A DNA stretch of 63,723 nucleotides, counting the filler, from Octopus bimaculoides (Eukaryota): NCBI RefSeq assembly GCF_001194135.2. It is 6 parts of 6 records of this genome, joined end to end, with 100 filler letters (N's around TTAATTAATTAA, not from the genome) between each part and the next. Parts side by side here need not be neighbours in the genome. Positions count along the whole stretch, not along the records: positions 1 to 25,239 come from NC_068998.1; positions 25,340 to 55,965 come from NC_068997.1; 4 more parts are not named here. The stretch is one strand, 5' to 3'. Position 1 is the first letter of the stretch; each line of letters opens with the position of its first letter. A model generated the notes under the pieces. The model was not told the origin of the DNA. It saw only the letters and a program-made list of their open reading frames with translations, and made no database searches. Shown here one piece after another: positions 23,683 to 37,400 of this stretch. The position numbers and the translations under genes were made by a program.

Positions 23683-23880
23683 CCCTTTAGTGTTCAGATT
23701 ACTCTATCAAATTTTATATATTATTTAATCACTGTTTTTAATTAATCATTTGTTATCTTGGAGCTTGGAGATTTTGATGATGTGATTGCATATTTTTAGA
23801 ATGACATTGTAAGATAGGTGTTTAAGCATGAAACTGGTAGAATACTTGGGCCAAATATGGCTGGTTTAAATGCTAAAAGG
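23683..23880 (+). mobile_element. piggyBac-type MITE copy
   Basis: CCCTTTAGTG...TGCTAAAAGG followed by TTAA; interior matches 17581-17800. Confidence 0.75.
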
Positions 23881-24454
23881 TTAACAGTTGATAAGTCCAT
23901 GAAACTGAGACTAGGTTAAATCCAACTGCATCTCATGCAAGCAGTCAGATACAGTCATATGGATCAGAATAAACAACAGAGAATTTATAATTAAAGTTTG
24001 AAACACAACTTTATGGAGGTTCCTTTTCCTCTGTTGATCAACTCATGAGATACTTCTTGTTCCAATGTACTTAGTTACAATTGATTTTGACTTAGTATAA
24101 GGTCAATTTTGTATGGGTAGAATATAATCATCTGAAATGAACACAAGATTTTACTGGTACTTATTTTATGTTGAGCTTTGCAGGATAACAACCAAAATCT
24201 GAACTTGGAACTGAGGTTTAAATTAATTAATATTTACAGTGCTTCAACGCTAGTTTCAACACCCAATACCCTGATACATCATCGTCATCATCATCATCAC
24301 CATCATCATCATCACCATTGTATGTCCACTTTACCAAACTGACATCTATGACTAGTTAATAATTTTCAAACAATTGGAACAAAACATCATTCCTTTTTTT
24401 CTTTGTACTGTTTTTTTACTGTTTTTTTTTTTTTTTGACATTGAAGTTTTTTTT

Positions 24455-24825
24455 CATTATCTTTGCTTGTTTCAGTTATTGGACTGCAACCGTGTTGGGG
24501 CACAATTTTCAAAGGTTTAGTCAAACAAATCAACCCAGTAGTTACTTTCAAGTTTTACTCTCTTGGTCTTTTTTTTTTTTTTACTGAACTGCTAAGTTAT
24601 TGGGACATAAACTCACCAACACTGGTTGTTAGCTAGTGTATGGGTGAACAAACACAAAGACTACGCACAGACAGATACACACACACTCTGCCTACCAAAT
24701 CCACTCATAAGGTTTTAGTTAGCCCAGTCCTATGGTAGAAGATATTTGCCCAAGGTACCACACAGAGGGATTGAACCCAGAACCATGTAGTTGGAAAGCA
24801 AATTTCTTATAACACAGCCATGCCT
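24455..24825 (-). mobile_element. tRNA/CORE-like SINE, near full length, antisense
   Basis: Tail TTGTTTCAGTTATTGGACTGC, (CA)n centre, head ...CCAAGGTACCAC...AACCATGT...ACACAGCCA. Confidence 0.78.
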
Positions 24826-24894
24826 ATGCTTATATATATATATGCATGTATGTATGTATGTATTTATGTATTTATGTATATATGTATGTATGTA

Positions 24895-24940
<46 letters not shown>

Positions 24941-24953
24941 CAAAAATATACAA

Positions 24954-25239
24954 TCTATATATATAAAAATGAGAATGTGTGTCTGTCTGTCTGTCTGTCT
25001 TTGTGTGTGTGTGTGTGTGAATCCCTAAAACTCGAGAACTACGCAACCAATTTCATTCAAATTTTACACATGCCTTACTTAGGGTTCCAGTTGTCTTTTA
25101 GTCAAAAAAAATTTTTAACTTCTTGCAGAGTTCGAGCCCACGGCAACATAATATCTCCTCCACTATTCAAGTATTACGTGTCAAAAGTGAAACAAAAGCA
25201 CTCATGTCAAATACTTTCACTTTAAAAATGAAACTATTC
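24954..25239 (+). mobile_element. Helitron-like element 5' end, cut by scaffold end
   Basis: A|TCTATATATATAAAAATG start, (TCTG)n/(TG)n microsatellite, then CTCGAGAACTACGCAACCAATTTCATTCAAATTTT, the usual layout of non-autonomous Helitron 5' ends. Confidence 0.65.
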
Positions 25240-25339
25240 NNNNNNNNNNNNNNNNNNNNNNNNNNNNNNNNNNNNNNNNNNNNTTAATTAATTAANNNNN
25301 NNNNNNNNNNNNNNNNNNNNNNNNNNNNNNNNNNNNNNN
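25240..25339. other. Artificial scaffold-joining spacer (44N-TTAATTAATTAA-44N)
   Basis: Exactly 100 nt; central 12-mer has stop codons in all six frames; identical at five positions. Confidence 0.97.
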
Positions 25340-25689
25340 ATATATATATATATATATATATAAGGTATACATACATTCATACACACATATGTATATGTAG
25401 GTGTGTATGTGTGTGTTTGTGTGTGTGTTTGTGCAATAATAAAGGCTTCACTTTAATATTTATTTGTTTGTCGATACCATGTTTTCTCTTTATTTCTTTT
25501 CTTTTCTGTGTATCATTTTCTTCTATGCGGGTAGACGAGATGATAGATTAATCTAAAAATTCTGCTATATTCTTTGTTGCTTCCAAATGTAATTTCAATG
25601 CATTATTCCAGCAAAATTTTCAGTGTTTTGGGAACTAGCGTAATATTGGTTTGATATTTTGGCACAGAACCAGTAAGTCAGGCTGTAAG

Positions 25690-26336
25690 CCTATTACATC
25701 AACGCCAGTGCACAAGTTGTACTTATCTTATCGATCCCAAAAGGACGAAAGGCAAAACCGACCCCGACGTTGTTTAAACTCAGAACGGAAGGACTGCCAA
25801 AATGATCCAAGCATTGTTCCCGGCGTGCTAACGATTGTGCAAGCCCATTGCATTACCTTTCTGTAATATTAATTTCAAATTAAGGCGGCGAACTGGCAGA
25901 AACGTTAGCACTGGGGGCCAATGTAATCAACTTAATCCCTTTGCCTGTCCTTATTTGTCCCCTCTATGTTTAGCCCTTTGTGGGGAGTAAAGAAATAAGA
26001 AACGCTAGCACGCCGGGCGAAATGCTTAGCGGTATTTCGTCTGTCTTTATGTTCTGAATTCAAATTCCACCGAGGTCAACTTTGCCTTTCATTCTTTGGG
26101 GAGAGAAACATTAAGTACCAGTTGCGTACTGGGCTCGATCTAATCGACTGGACCCCTCCCCCAAAATTTCGGGCCTTGTTCCAAGTGTAGAAAAATATAT
26201 TAAGGTCAGCAAGATTACACCAAATCCAGTGCTTAACTTGTTCTTACTTTATCGATCCCGAAAGTTTGAAAGGCTAAGTCGACCCTAGTAGAATTTGAAC
26301 TCAGAGCTTAAAGAGAGATGAAATACCGCTAAGCAT
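25690..26336. mobile_element. Cluster of GGCGGCGAG-family SINEs (-, + with nested insert, -)
   Basis: Minus copy 25690-25860, plus copy 25882-26200 interrupted at 25912-25997, minus copy 26210-26336. Confidence 0.8.
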
Positions 26337-26463
26337 ATATANNNNNNNNNNNNNNNNNNNNNNNNNNNNNNNNNNNNNNNNNNNNNNNNNNNNNNNNNNN
26401 NNNNNNNNNNNNNNNNNNNNNNNNNNNNNNNNNNNNNNNNNNNNNNNNNNNNNNNNNNNNNNN

Positions 26464-26499
<36 letters not shown>

Positions 26500-27901
26500 C
26501 ACATTATGTGTATGTTCATCTAGACACACACTCATGCACACACCCATACAAACACATTGATTCAGACGTGTATTAGATGCAACTTGCACATTGTTGGAAT
26601 AATTATCGTCTTATCGTCTCCAAATATAATGTTTCTTTGAAACCTGCTCTCAACCGATCAACACGTGTACTCTTTGGGATAAGTAGAAATGATTGTCTGA
26701 AATCTCCAGAGATTAAGTCTGTGACTCCGCCCATAATATTCCTGTTACTTCTCTTATTCTCTGATGTTTAATAAAGAACCTCAGATTGCATATCTGTGAA
26801 ACATTATGCATTTATCTTATTCATGTAACTTGGTCTCCCTTCGAACATTTGCCCGTCCTAATTCTTCACCAGCGTTGGTCAAAGAATTGTGAAAGTTCAC
26901 ACGTGTGTTGGTAGATTCTGTTATATGAAATCAGACTTCTAGGAATTCTGTATCAAGGCACTGCAATACAACACTAATCATGAGAACGAACTTTTAATAT
27001 AATTAGATAGTTTTGACTGTTTATCTGTTCTTTTCAATTTTCCTTCTTTCAGACATTGCAGTGCAGTCATGCTGAAGCACCGCTTTGAAAATCTGTGTGT
27101 GTGTGTCTATTTGTCAGTGTTAAACAGACCACTACCTGTTGTCAAGCGTTGATGGCGGGCAACCACACAAACACAAACTTATGTATATGTATGCGTGTGT
27201 GTATGTTTATGTAGATATATGTATGGCTGTGCTATTTCATTTCAATATATATGTGCTTTTTTGTCACAGCTAGGTAACTGTCGTCGGACAAAGATGAGGT
27301 AAAAGCAGTAACCTGTGTAGCTGTGTAAGACAGGATCGAAAAGGAAAATAATTATGCGTTGTATGGTAGTCATATTTTCTCTTCTGTTAGAGGTACGCAC
27401 ACATACAAATACATACGAAAAAACACACACATACACAGATAGAAAGAGAGAGAGAGAGAGAGAGAGAGACAAGAAGGAGAAGAATAAGAAGAGGAAGGGG
27501 AAGTCAGAGAGAGGATCGATATATATATATATATTGCGTATATATGTATAAACTTGTGTGTGTGTTTGCGTGTATATATATGCATGTATACACAGACACA
27601 CATACGTACATATGTATAATATATAAATATACATATATGTATATATGTATTACTCTATTTTCAAACTAAATTCGAAATCAACACGACACACATACTCACT
27701 TATGTATATTCATGCATAGATGCATGTATATACATGTGTGTGTATATGCATATATATACATATGTATATATTAATATGTATATATNNNNNNNNNNNNNNN
27801 NNNNNNNNNNNNNNNNNNNNNNNNNNNNNNNNNNNNNNNNNNNNNNNNNNNNNNNNNNNNNNNNNNNNNNNNNNNNNNNNNNNNNNNNNNNNNNNNNNNN
27901 N

Positions 27902-27932
<31 letters not shown>

Positions 27933-28419
27933 TTATATATATGTGTGTGTGTTTGTGTGTGTATATATATGCATATATGTATGTGTATACAGACATGCGT
28001 ACCTACGCCGATGTGGGTAGTTAGATACATGCATAGATGTATTATATACACATGGAAACATACATGCAAAGATACGTGCAGAAGAATAATCTTCACACAG
28101 ATATATATAACTATTTAGAAAGAAAGAGAGAGAGAGAAGGAGAGAAAGAAAGAGAGAGAGAGAAGGAGAGAAAGAAAGAGAGAGAGAGAGAGAAAGAGGA
28201 AGAGAGTAGGAATCAATGATGTGTGAGCGTATAAGAAGCGAGATAATGGGAGATGAAATAAGAGACAAGAAGCAGCGTGGAAGAATTAGATGGAGTCTGC
28301 TGGGATACCATATTGGCAAGAAAGAATGGAGGACTTTGTCGGCGAAGAATTGGTAAAGTCATCTGGTCGGAGAATAAACTTTAGCTTGACAACACTGATG
28401 TGACATCCTAAACGTTGTG

Positions 28420-29775
28420 GTGGCCTTTCTTGTTTTCAGTAATGGTTGTAATGGTAGTGATAGTGGTGGTGGTGGTGGTGATGGTGGGAGTGTGAGCAGT
28501 TGCGGTAGTAGTGAAAATAGTGATAGTGGTTGTGGTGGTGGTGGTTGTTGTGGTGGTGGTGGTGGTGGTGGTGTGATCAGTAGTAGTAGTATTGGAAGTA
28601 TTGCTAGTGTGTGGTGGGTGATGATGATTGTTGTGGTAGTTGTGATAGTGTTGAAGGATACCAATATGCTGCAGCGTTGGCGTTAGTGTTGATGCTGATA
28701 GTAATGGTGTTGACGTTGGTGTTGGTGTTGGTAGTAGTTCTGGTGGTGATAGTAGTGATGGTGGGGGTCTCGGGTATAGAGGCTGAGGGCATTGATTAGT
28801 CATTACTATTGTTGACGACGGCTGTGGTGGTGTATGTGGTAGTCGTGCTGGTATGGTAGTTAGACTGATAATGTCGCCGGTGGTGGTAGTGTTGGTGGTG
28901 GTGGTGGTGGTGGTGNNNNNNNNNNNNNNNNNNNNNNNNNNNNNNNNNNNNNNNNNNNNNNNNNNNNNNNNNNNNNNNNNNNNNNNNNNNNNNNNNNNNN
29001 NNNNNNNNNNNNNNNNNNNNNNNNNNNNNNNNNNNNNNNNNNNNNNNNNNNNNNNNNNNNNNNNNNNNNNNNNNNNNNNNNNNNNNNNNNNNNNNNNNNN
29101 NNNNNNNNNNNNNNNNNNNNNNNNNNNNNNNNNNNNNNNNNNNNNNNNNNNNNNNNNNNNNNNNNNNNNNNNNNNNNNNNNNNNNNNNNNNNNNNNNNNN
29201 NNNNNNNNNNNNNNNNNNNNNNNNNNNNNNNNNNNNNNNNNNNNNNNNNNNNNNNNNNNNNNNNNNNNNNNNNNNNNNNNNNNNNNNNNNNNNNNNNNNN
29301 NNNNNNNNNNNNNNNTAGTCGTGCTGGTATGGTAGTTAGACTGATAATGTCGCCGGTGGTGGTAGTGGTGGTGGTGGTGGTGGTGGTGATGATGAATGTT
29401 GTGGTGGTGATGATGGTGGCGGTGGCGGTGGCCGTAGTGGTGATAGACGTGGTGGTGATAATAGTAGTGGTGATGGTGATGGTAGTGGTAGCTGTGATGG
29501 TAGTGGTAGCTGTGATGGTAGTGTTAGCGGTGGTGATAGAAGTAGTGGTAGTGATGAAAGTGGTGTTGGTGATGGCAGCAGTGGTTTTGATGGCAGCAGT
29601 GGTTTTGATGGTAGTAGTGGTGGTGATGATAGTGGTGGTGGCGATGGTAGTGGTGGTGGTGGCAGTGATGGTAGTGGTGGTGCTGATAGTAGTGGTGATG
29701 GTGATGGTAGTTGTGGTGATGATGGTAGTGTTGGCAATGATGCCAGTGGTATCGGTGATGGTAGTGGTAAAGTAA
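28420..29775. repeat. Degenerate (GTG/GAT/GTA)n compound trinucleotide tract spanning a gap
   Basis: Source of poly-Val/Pro/Thr pseudo-ORFs. Confidence 0.9.
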
Positions 29776-29834
29776 AGGTAAAGTTATCTTCCCGAGTCAT
29801 GCTAATTCATAAGGGCTGGTTTCCCGGTTTCCTC

Positions 29835-30060
29835 ACTTAACCCCACGCCAGTCCGTCTCAGGTGAGTTGATAGATACAGGAGGAGAGAGAGTAAGAGAAC
29901 GGTGTGGCAAAAGAGTCAGCAGAAGTTTGGCATTACCTTCTTCAGTCGACATGGCGTGGAGTTTAGGTATTTCGCACACACATCGCCCGATATGAGATTT
30001 GAACCCGCGATCTCTCGACCGTGAGTCTGCTGCTCTAACCATTAGGCCATGTGTCTCCGC
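29835..30060 (-). mobile_element. Related tRNA-headed SINE
   Basis: Head TGGCCTAATGGTTAGAGCAGCAGACTCACGGTCG...GGTTCAAATC, body CTGCTGACTCTTTTGCCACA. Confidence 0.75.
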
Positions 30061-30099
30061 AAATACATGCATTACACATATTAATACGATTCATGACAT

Positions 30100-30198
30100 T
30101 GTTGTTGTTATTATTATTATTATTATTATTCACTGTCTGGAATCGAACTCGGAATCATGGGGTTAGTAGCCCGCGGTCTTAACCACTACGCCATATGC
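30100..30198 (-). mobile_element. Head and (AAT)n linker of the same tRNA-derived family (intact Pol III boxes, tail missing)
   Basis: Minus strand GCATATGGCGTAGTGGTTAAGACCGCGGGCTACTAACCCCATGATTCCGAGTTCGATTCCAGACAGTG: A box TGGCGTAGTGG, B box GTTCGATTCC. Confidence 0.8.
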
Positions 30199-30612
30199 TC
30201 TCTCTCCTCCTGTATCTTTTGTATGTCCGCGCATAGAAAACTGTAGTGATCTTAGAATAAAAAGGTTATTTTCATTTACGAATACTCAGGGAGAAAGAAA
30301 AGGATAGGTATTCACAGAAGTTGTTGATATTAAAGTTCTTAAACCTGATCGTTTGTGTGTTCGAAAACTGTAGATATTTAAGATACTTAACTTATTTTGA
30401 GGGAAATTTATAATATTCACAGGAAGTTCCAGTCATTCAGAGTCATTTTTCGTTGTCCTGCTGGGTTTAAATAATATTCCTGTGCCTTCGGCTGTTGATT
30501 GGTCAGAGCAGCGAAAAAACGTCCAGCCGCTGTCAAGGTTGGCGCTAATCTATAATTGCTGTTGTTGTTGTTGTTGTTATTGTTGTTATTATTATTATTA
30601 TTATTATTATCA

Positions 30613-30680
<68 letters not shown>

Positions 30681-30949
30681 GTTTATTGAGAAAGCAGTGC
30701 ATGACCTTCAGGCGGGGGCCAAGTTAGAATTTTCTTCAGGTCAATTAGACCCATCGCTTGAGAACCGGTTTTGTCATTTTTACGTTCCCGTGACATAGCG
30801 GTTCAGCAAAGCTAATTGATAGTATAAGAAACCTTCAAGTTAATACCCCAGTTCGATCGCCGTCGAATGACTGAAAGAAGGAAAAGATAAATGATAAAAC
30901 AGATTTATGTATACGCAGGTGTTTATGTATGATATATGATATATGTATA

Positions 30950-31150
30950 AGAAGCGAGCTGGAAGAAACGTTAGCACGCCGGGTGAAATACTTAGAGGTA
31001 TTTCGTCTGTCCTTACGTTCTGAGTTAAAATTCCGCCGAGGTCGAAATTGCTTTTCATCCGTTTGGGGCCGATATATTAAGTACCAGTTGCGTACTAGGG
31101 TGGATCTAATCGTCTGGCTCCGTCCCCCAAAATTTCGAGCATTGTTAGAG
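30950..31150 (+). mobile_element. SINE, GGCGGCGAG family, CpG-retaining
   Basis: GCGAGCTGGAAGAAACGTTAGCACGCCGGGTG...CCGCCGAGGTCG. Confidence 0.85.
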
Positions 31151-32844
31151 TAGAAAAGAATATATATATATATATATATATATANNNNNNNNNNNNNNNN
31201 NNNNNNNNNNNNNNNNNNNNNNNNNNNNNNNNNNNNNNNNNNNNNNNNNNNNNNNNNNNNNNNNNNNNNNNNNNNNNNNNNNNNNNNNNNNNNNNNNNNN
31301 NNNNNNNNNNNNNNNNNNNNNNNNNNNNNNNNNNNNNNNNNNNNNNNNNNNNNNNNNNNNNNNNNNNNNNNNNNNNNNNNNNNNNNNNNNNNNNNNNNNN
31401 NNNNNNNNNNNNNNNNNNNNNNNNNNNNNNNNNNNNNNNNNNNNNNNNNNNNNNNNNNNNNNNNNNNNNNNNNNNNNNNNNNNNNNNNNNNNNNNNNNNN
31501 NNNNNNNNNNNNNNNNNNNNNNNNNNNNNNNNNNGAAAGAGTGATAGTTAAATGTATAGATAGATAGGTAGGGAGAGAATGAGAGAAAGAAATACAGATT
31601 GTCACGTAAATAAAAGTGAATACGTGACATCAGTGAGAGGGGGGGGGGGCAGAAGACACAGATGTACAGAAAATGCCGAAATATATAATAAATAAACTAG
31701 TAAAATGCCTTAGTAACAACCGAAACTAACAACAATTACAAATTGCTTTATTGACCAACCAAACAGTCCAATAGGTTAAGACATAAGATTTACGGTGAAC
31801 CCTTTCACCATCACGCTTCTGTCCTACAGCCTACCAACTGTATTGTGTTTTTAAACTCATATCAATGATAAAATCATTTGTGAAGATAGCAAAATGGAAG
31901 GAGGCGGAGAGAGCAAAGGAAGGTAAAAAGGAAGAGTAGGAGGAGATGGAAGTAGAGTATAGACGTATAGAAATGAGAAATGAAGATAATGAAAATAAGG
32001 AGGAAAAAAAGTCAAGATGGAAGGTTTATTGCCGTTTGGTCAGAGAGTTTGACGTAGGTCTTACGTTAAAGAAAATCATTAGGTGAAGAAATCTTTAAGG
32101 ATAATAGAGCAAACTGTACTCCCCTTTTCGAACTATCATCTTACACTCACACGTGCATACACGCATNNNNNNNNNNNNNNNNNNNNNNNNNNNNNNNNNN
32201 NNNNNNNNNNNNNNNNNNNNNNNNNNNNNNNNNNNNNNNNNNNNNNNNNNNNNNNNNNNNNNNNNNNNNNNNNNNNNNNNNNNNNNNNNNNNNNNNNNNN
32301 NNNNNNNNNNNNNNNNNNNNNNNNNNNNNNNNNNNNNNNNNNNNNNNNNNNNNNNNNNNNNNNNNNNNNNNNNNNNNNNNNNNNNNNNNNNNNNNNNNNN
32401 NNNNNNNNNNNNNNNNNNNNNNNNNNNNNNNNNNNNNNNNNNNNNNNNNNNNNNNNNNNNNNNNNNNNNNNNNNNNNNNNNNNNNNNNNNNNNNNNNNNN
32501 NNNNNNNNNNNNNNNNNNNNNNNNNNNNNNNNNNNNNNNNNNNNNNNNNNNNNNNNNNNNNNNNNNNNNNNNNNNNNNNNNNNNNNNNNNNNNNNNNNNN
32601 NNNNNNNNNNNNNNNNNNNNNNNNNNNNNNNNNNNNNNNNNNNNNNNNNNNNNNNNNNNNNNNNNNNNNNNNNNNNNNNNNNNNNNNNNNNNNNNNNNNN
32701 NNNNNNNNNNNNNNNNNNNNNNNNNNNNNNNNNNNNNNNNNNNNNNNNNNNNNNNNNNNNNNNNNNNNNNNNNNNNNNNNNNNNNNNNNNNNNNNNNNNN
32801 NNNNNNNNNNNNNNNNNNNNNNNNNNNNNNNNNNNNNNNNNNNN

Positions 32845-32877
<33 letters not shown>

Positions 32878-33539
32878 GCATAAGGAAAGGAAAGACGGAA
32901 TGAGTCAGTGTGAGAGTGAGTGAGAGAGAGACACAGAGAAAGAGAGAGAAAGAGTGGAACATACACATTCTGTTTCCAAGCATGGAATTTATGCACTGTC
33001 TGATAGAGTTGGTATGTTGAGCCAATGCTGCCGTATTGTTATTAGTTTGTATTGCGTAAATTTCTCTTCATAGCATTTTATTTTATAAACTCAGCGAACT
33101 ATTAAATCTAAACTGTTCATCCCAAAACAATATTAATAAATTTTAGGACATTCCCAGACGATAAATCAAGAAAGAAAAGAGAGTCTAGTTTTGCAGAGCT
33201 CTTAACGCTAAAAGTTCTTTTTCTACCAATCAGACCGCATTAAGTTATTTCAGTTTGGATCTTGTACATTCATAGAAAGACGTTTAGCCAATCTTATGAT
33301 GACAATTCCGTGAGGCTATAAAGTAACTAGCAATGTTATCCTGTCATCACGTAGGTAATCCAGCTTAGCCAATTGTTTTGCCTCACTGATAAATATACTC
33401 CGATCTCGAAGTATTAGGAAACGCAACAAAGCCTCTTTTATATGAAACTACCAATACGCTCGGGCGGCTTGTCCAGAGAAATGCAACTCTTCCATATAAG
33501 ATATCGTGATACTCCATAGAACTCTTCATATCCTAAATA

Positions 33540-33880
33540 TGATATATATGCCATCCACAAATAGTTTTAAATATGCTGTGTCCTTGGTCTGCCGAAACCT
33601 GTATATCCATGCGTTTGTTTCTCCGGGGAGTGCATTGCATAACACATTCTTTCTCTGGTTACCAAAGTGATGGTTGAAAATCTACCCTACAGTCGCTGTT
33701 TTATAGGATGTCACAGGCAAGAAAATCTGAAAATTGCACGAAACATTCTCGTGAGCTTTTGTTCAAATCTCTTGCTTAGTGTCCATGCTGGAATGTATGA
33801 AATATCGATTAAACGACTGCTTGGAAAAAAAAAAAGAACCCTCTTCAGGTTATCAGGATTGGAAAATTTTCGTGTAATTC
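33540..33880 (-). mobile_element. Highly degenerate RTE/RTE-X LINE ORF2 C-terminal fragment
   Basis: Manual minus-strand translation with frameshifts: PDNLKRVLFF..AVV*SIF..WTLSKRFEQKLTRMFRAIFRFS...THGYTGFGRPRT, like ATVESVLLYG.E.WTL...TRMLRA....HG...GRP. Confidence 0.55.
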
Positions 33881-34689
33881 TGAGTCGGTGTAGGGCATAT
33901 ATATGTTGTACGAGACAATCCTGTCACATAAGAAGACAGGCAGAAAGGTTAATGTAGTCAATGACAATTTGAGCTCGGAAAAACAAAAACGAAACGTACT
34001 TGAATAGGAAAAAAAGCCACATTACGCATGAATGCCAATGCTCAAAGTGACGGTATTGCAAAAAAATATAAGAAAAATGCCAGTAGCAGTGAATTATGTC
34101 AAAATTATCTTTAAACCACAATGATGTGTATTTGATTGACTGAAACTTTGGATGACGGATTCCCGGCCCAGTCGACATCATGTTACTGCTATGCATAAAA
34201 AAAAAAAAAAGAAATTCAAATGGACAAAAAAATCAAGGAGATAACAGTGAAATGTTACCAAAGAAGTGAAACAAAGAAGTGGGTAGACTGAAACAAACCC
34301 GAAATTTTCATGGTATTGGAGTATTTAAGTTCGGTGAAGTACACTAAGTTTGCGTAAGTGTGTGTATGTGTATCATAAATTTATATCATACACATATTTA
34401 TATTTTATATATAGGTGTGTGTGTGTGTGTGTACATGTCATTTTGCATAAAAAATGGAAGATATTCGAGATAAATTTGACGATATTTCATGGATCCTTTT
34501 ATATTTCAGGAGTAGCTTGAGATATTGACGAATAGTCACCGGTATTGGAGACCATAAAAATTAAATTTGTAGTTGAGAAAAAATGCTATCTGACATGGAG
34601 GATTAGAAGTCATCTGAATATTGGAAAGATATTGCCTTCATCTAGATGAATCGCGCTGGGTACCAAAATGCCGACGTCATGACTGCGGC

Positions 34690-35330
34690 TCATGACAATA
34701 GTAACAACCACACGAATGAAATTTACAAGGCCACCAACGCCAGTAACCATACTACAACCATCATTTACTACCAATACCATCACCACTACTACTACCAACA
34801 TCATTACCACTGCCATCACTTTATCACTACCACGACGAAGACAACGACGACCACCACCACCGCTACCGCCACCACTACTACTAACACCACCACCAACACT
34901 ACCACCGCGACTACCACTACAACTATCAACACCACTGCCACTACAACCATCACTATCATCACCACTACCACTACCAACACTACCATCACCAGCAACAATA
35001 ACATAACAACAACAGCATCAACATCATCATCACAATCACCACAAAAACCATACAGCCACCGTCATCATCATCATCACCACCACCTGCACCACCAACAGTC
35101 TCTACTGCCGCCGCTACCGCAACATATACATATATATATAACCCCTACCACAACCCCCCCCCATTCCTTGCTACAACCACAATCACAAACACCATTCGCT
35201 GCCACGACCATCACCATCACCACCACAAGTCCCCACACCACCACAAGTCCCCACACCACCATCTACCAGCCAAAACCCAACACTTCTGCCAGCATCACTG
35301 TTCCCTGATAGCCCCGCTCCAGCCTCCTCC
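34690..35330. repeat. Degenerate (ACC/ACT/CAT)n compound tract
   Basis: Source of the 220-aa Thr/His-rich pseudo-ORF 34646-35308. Confidence 0.88.
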
Positions 35331-35819
35331 TAAATTACGTCCCGCCGCCAGNNNNNNNNNNNNNNNNNNNNNNNNNNNNNNNNNNNNNNNNNNNNNNNNN
35401 NNNNNNNNNNNNNNNNNNNNNNNNNNNNNNNNNNNNNNNNNNNNNNNNNNNNNNNNNNNNNNNNNNNNNNNNNNNNNNNNNNNNNNNNNNNNNNNNNNNN
35501 NNNNNNNNNNNNNNNNNNNNNNNNNNNNNNNNNNNNNNNNNNNNNNNNNNNNNNNNNNNNNNNNNNNNNNNNNNNNNNNNNNNNNNNNNNNNNNNNNNNN
35601 NNNNNNNNNNNNNNNNNNNNNNNNNNNNNNNNNNNNNNNNNNNNNNNNNNNNNNNNNNNNNNNNNNNNNNNNNNNNNNNNNNNNNNNNNNNNNNNNNNNN
35701 NNNNNNNNNNNNNNNNNNNNNNNNNNNNNNNNNNNNNNNNTGTTATCATCATCATCGTCGTCGTTGTTGTCGTCGTCGTCATCATCACGAACATCAGCGA
35801 CATCATCAATACCGTCTTC

Positions 35820-35851
35820 TTCTTCTTCTTCTTCTTCTTCTTCTTCTTCCT

Positions 35852-35914
<63 letters not shown>

Positions 35915-36023
35915 GTCTTTCTTTCTTTCCTTCTCCCTTTCTTGCATGAATCACTCATTGTTTATGACCACTGTAAGATATAATACATTTTTGCAACTAG
36001 CATCTATCTATCTGTCTATCTAC

Positions 36024-36085
<62 letters not shown>

Positions 36086-36112
36086 GCCTGTCTATCTATC
36101 TATCTATCTATT
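35820..36112. repeat. (CTT)n, (CTTT)n and (TATC)n microsatellites
   Basis: Direct inspection. Confidence 0.95.
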
Positions 36113-36535
36113 TTCTATTTTTCTTTGTCCACACACACGCATATACTCCTACACTGAGATATATATGCACACAGTAATATATANNNNNNNNNNNNNNNNN
36201 NNNNNNNNNNNNNNNNNNNNNNNNNNNNNNNNNNNNNNNNNNNNNNNNNNNNNNNNNNNNNNNNNNNNNNNNNNNNNNNNNNNNNNNNNNNNNNNNNNNN
36301 NNNNNNNNNNNNNNNNNNNNNNNNNNNNNNNNNNNNNNNNNNNNNNNNNNNNNNNNNNNNNNNNNNNNNNNNNNNNNNNNNNNNNNNNNNNNNNNNNNNN
36401 NNNNNNNNNNNNNNNNNNNNNNNNNNNNNNNNNNNNNNNNNNNNNNNNNNNNNNNNNNNNNNNNNNNNNNNNNNNNNNNNNNNNNNNNNNNNNNNNNNNN
36501 NNNNNNNNNNNNNNNNNNNNNNNNNNNNNNNNNNN

Positions 36536-36566
<31 letters not shown>

Positions 36567-37346
36567 CCACACACATTTATCTATATAAATTACTCTGTCT
36601 ATATATGTATGCATATATATATAGATTCACACATAAATGCATATATACATACATGCATACAGACATAAATACACGCATACATACAAATACACACACTCGA
36701 AATTTTGGCTGCGTATTATGTATTTTGTTATTTTAATACAAATTCTTCGTTTTCGCGCATCCCCTAAACGCAATGACGTCTCGCGTGTATTACCCTTGCT
36801 TTGCATTCTTGTTATCCTGGAGGCTAATAAAATAACCCTTCTCTTCTTTTTCTTATTTACCTTCATTAAATTGATTATGATGATAATAATGATGAAGAGT
36901 ATCATCATCGTGTTGAATGAACATCGTCAACATTATAATCGTCATTATAATCACCATCGTCATCGATTTTGTTATTGCTGTGTAGGCAGAACCGTTCGAA
37001 CCTCGGTCAAAAATTCTGGCGATATTCCTTCCGACTCATTAATATCTGAGCCTAAATTCTGTATAAACAAGCATTGTCATTCATCGTTAGTAGGTTGAAA
37101 AGATAAGTACTGGTTAATTAATGGAGTCTATATAATCAATTAGACTCCTCTCCGCAAATTTCAGTTTTTTTTTTGCTAAAATCGTTAGCTCGCCAGGTAA
37201 AATACTTAGCATCATTTTCGCCGACTTCGACTAAGGCTATTATCAGTTGGGGTTCGATAGATTAAGTACCAGTGAAACACCGGAGCCAATGCAATCGACT
37301 TAACCCCTCCCCCCAAATTCCAGGCCTTGTGTCTATAACAGAAGGG

Positions 37347-37400
<54 letters not shown>

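Noticed and set aside
25284-25295. TTAATTAATTAA recurring five times as a regulatory motif or array repeat
   Set aside because: Always centred in 88 Ns; synthetic linker
28840-29375. ~50-nt sequence repeated either side of the 28916-29315 gap
   Set aside because: Likely scaffolding overlap or collapse in low-complexity DNA; cannot be verified
30131-30198. tRNA gene (also heads at ~4700-4762, 29990-30060, 53884-53958)
   Set aside because: A/B boxes present but no complete cloverleaf or acceptor stem; continuous with SINE bodies
34646-35308. 220-aa Thr/His-rich mucin-like ORF (also poly-Val 29329-29775 and Thr/Pro-rich 38099-38377)
   Set aside because: Degenerate trinucleotide microsatellite; no splice signals or non-repetitive domain
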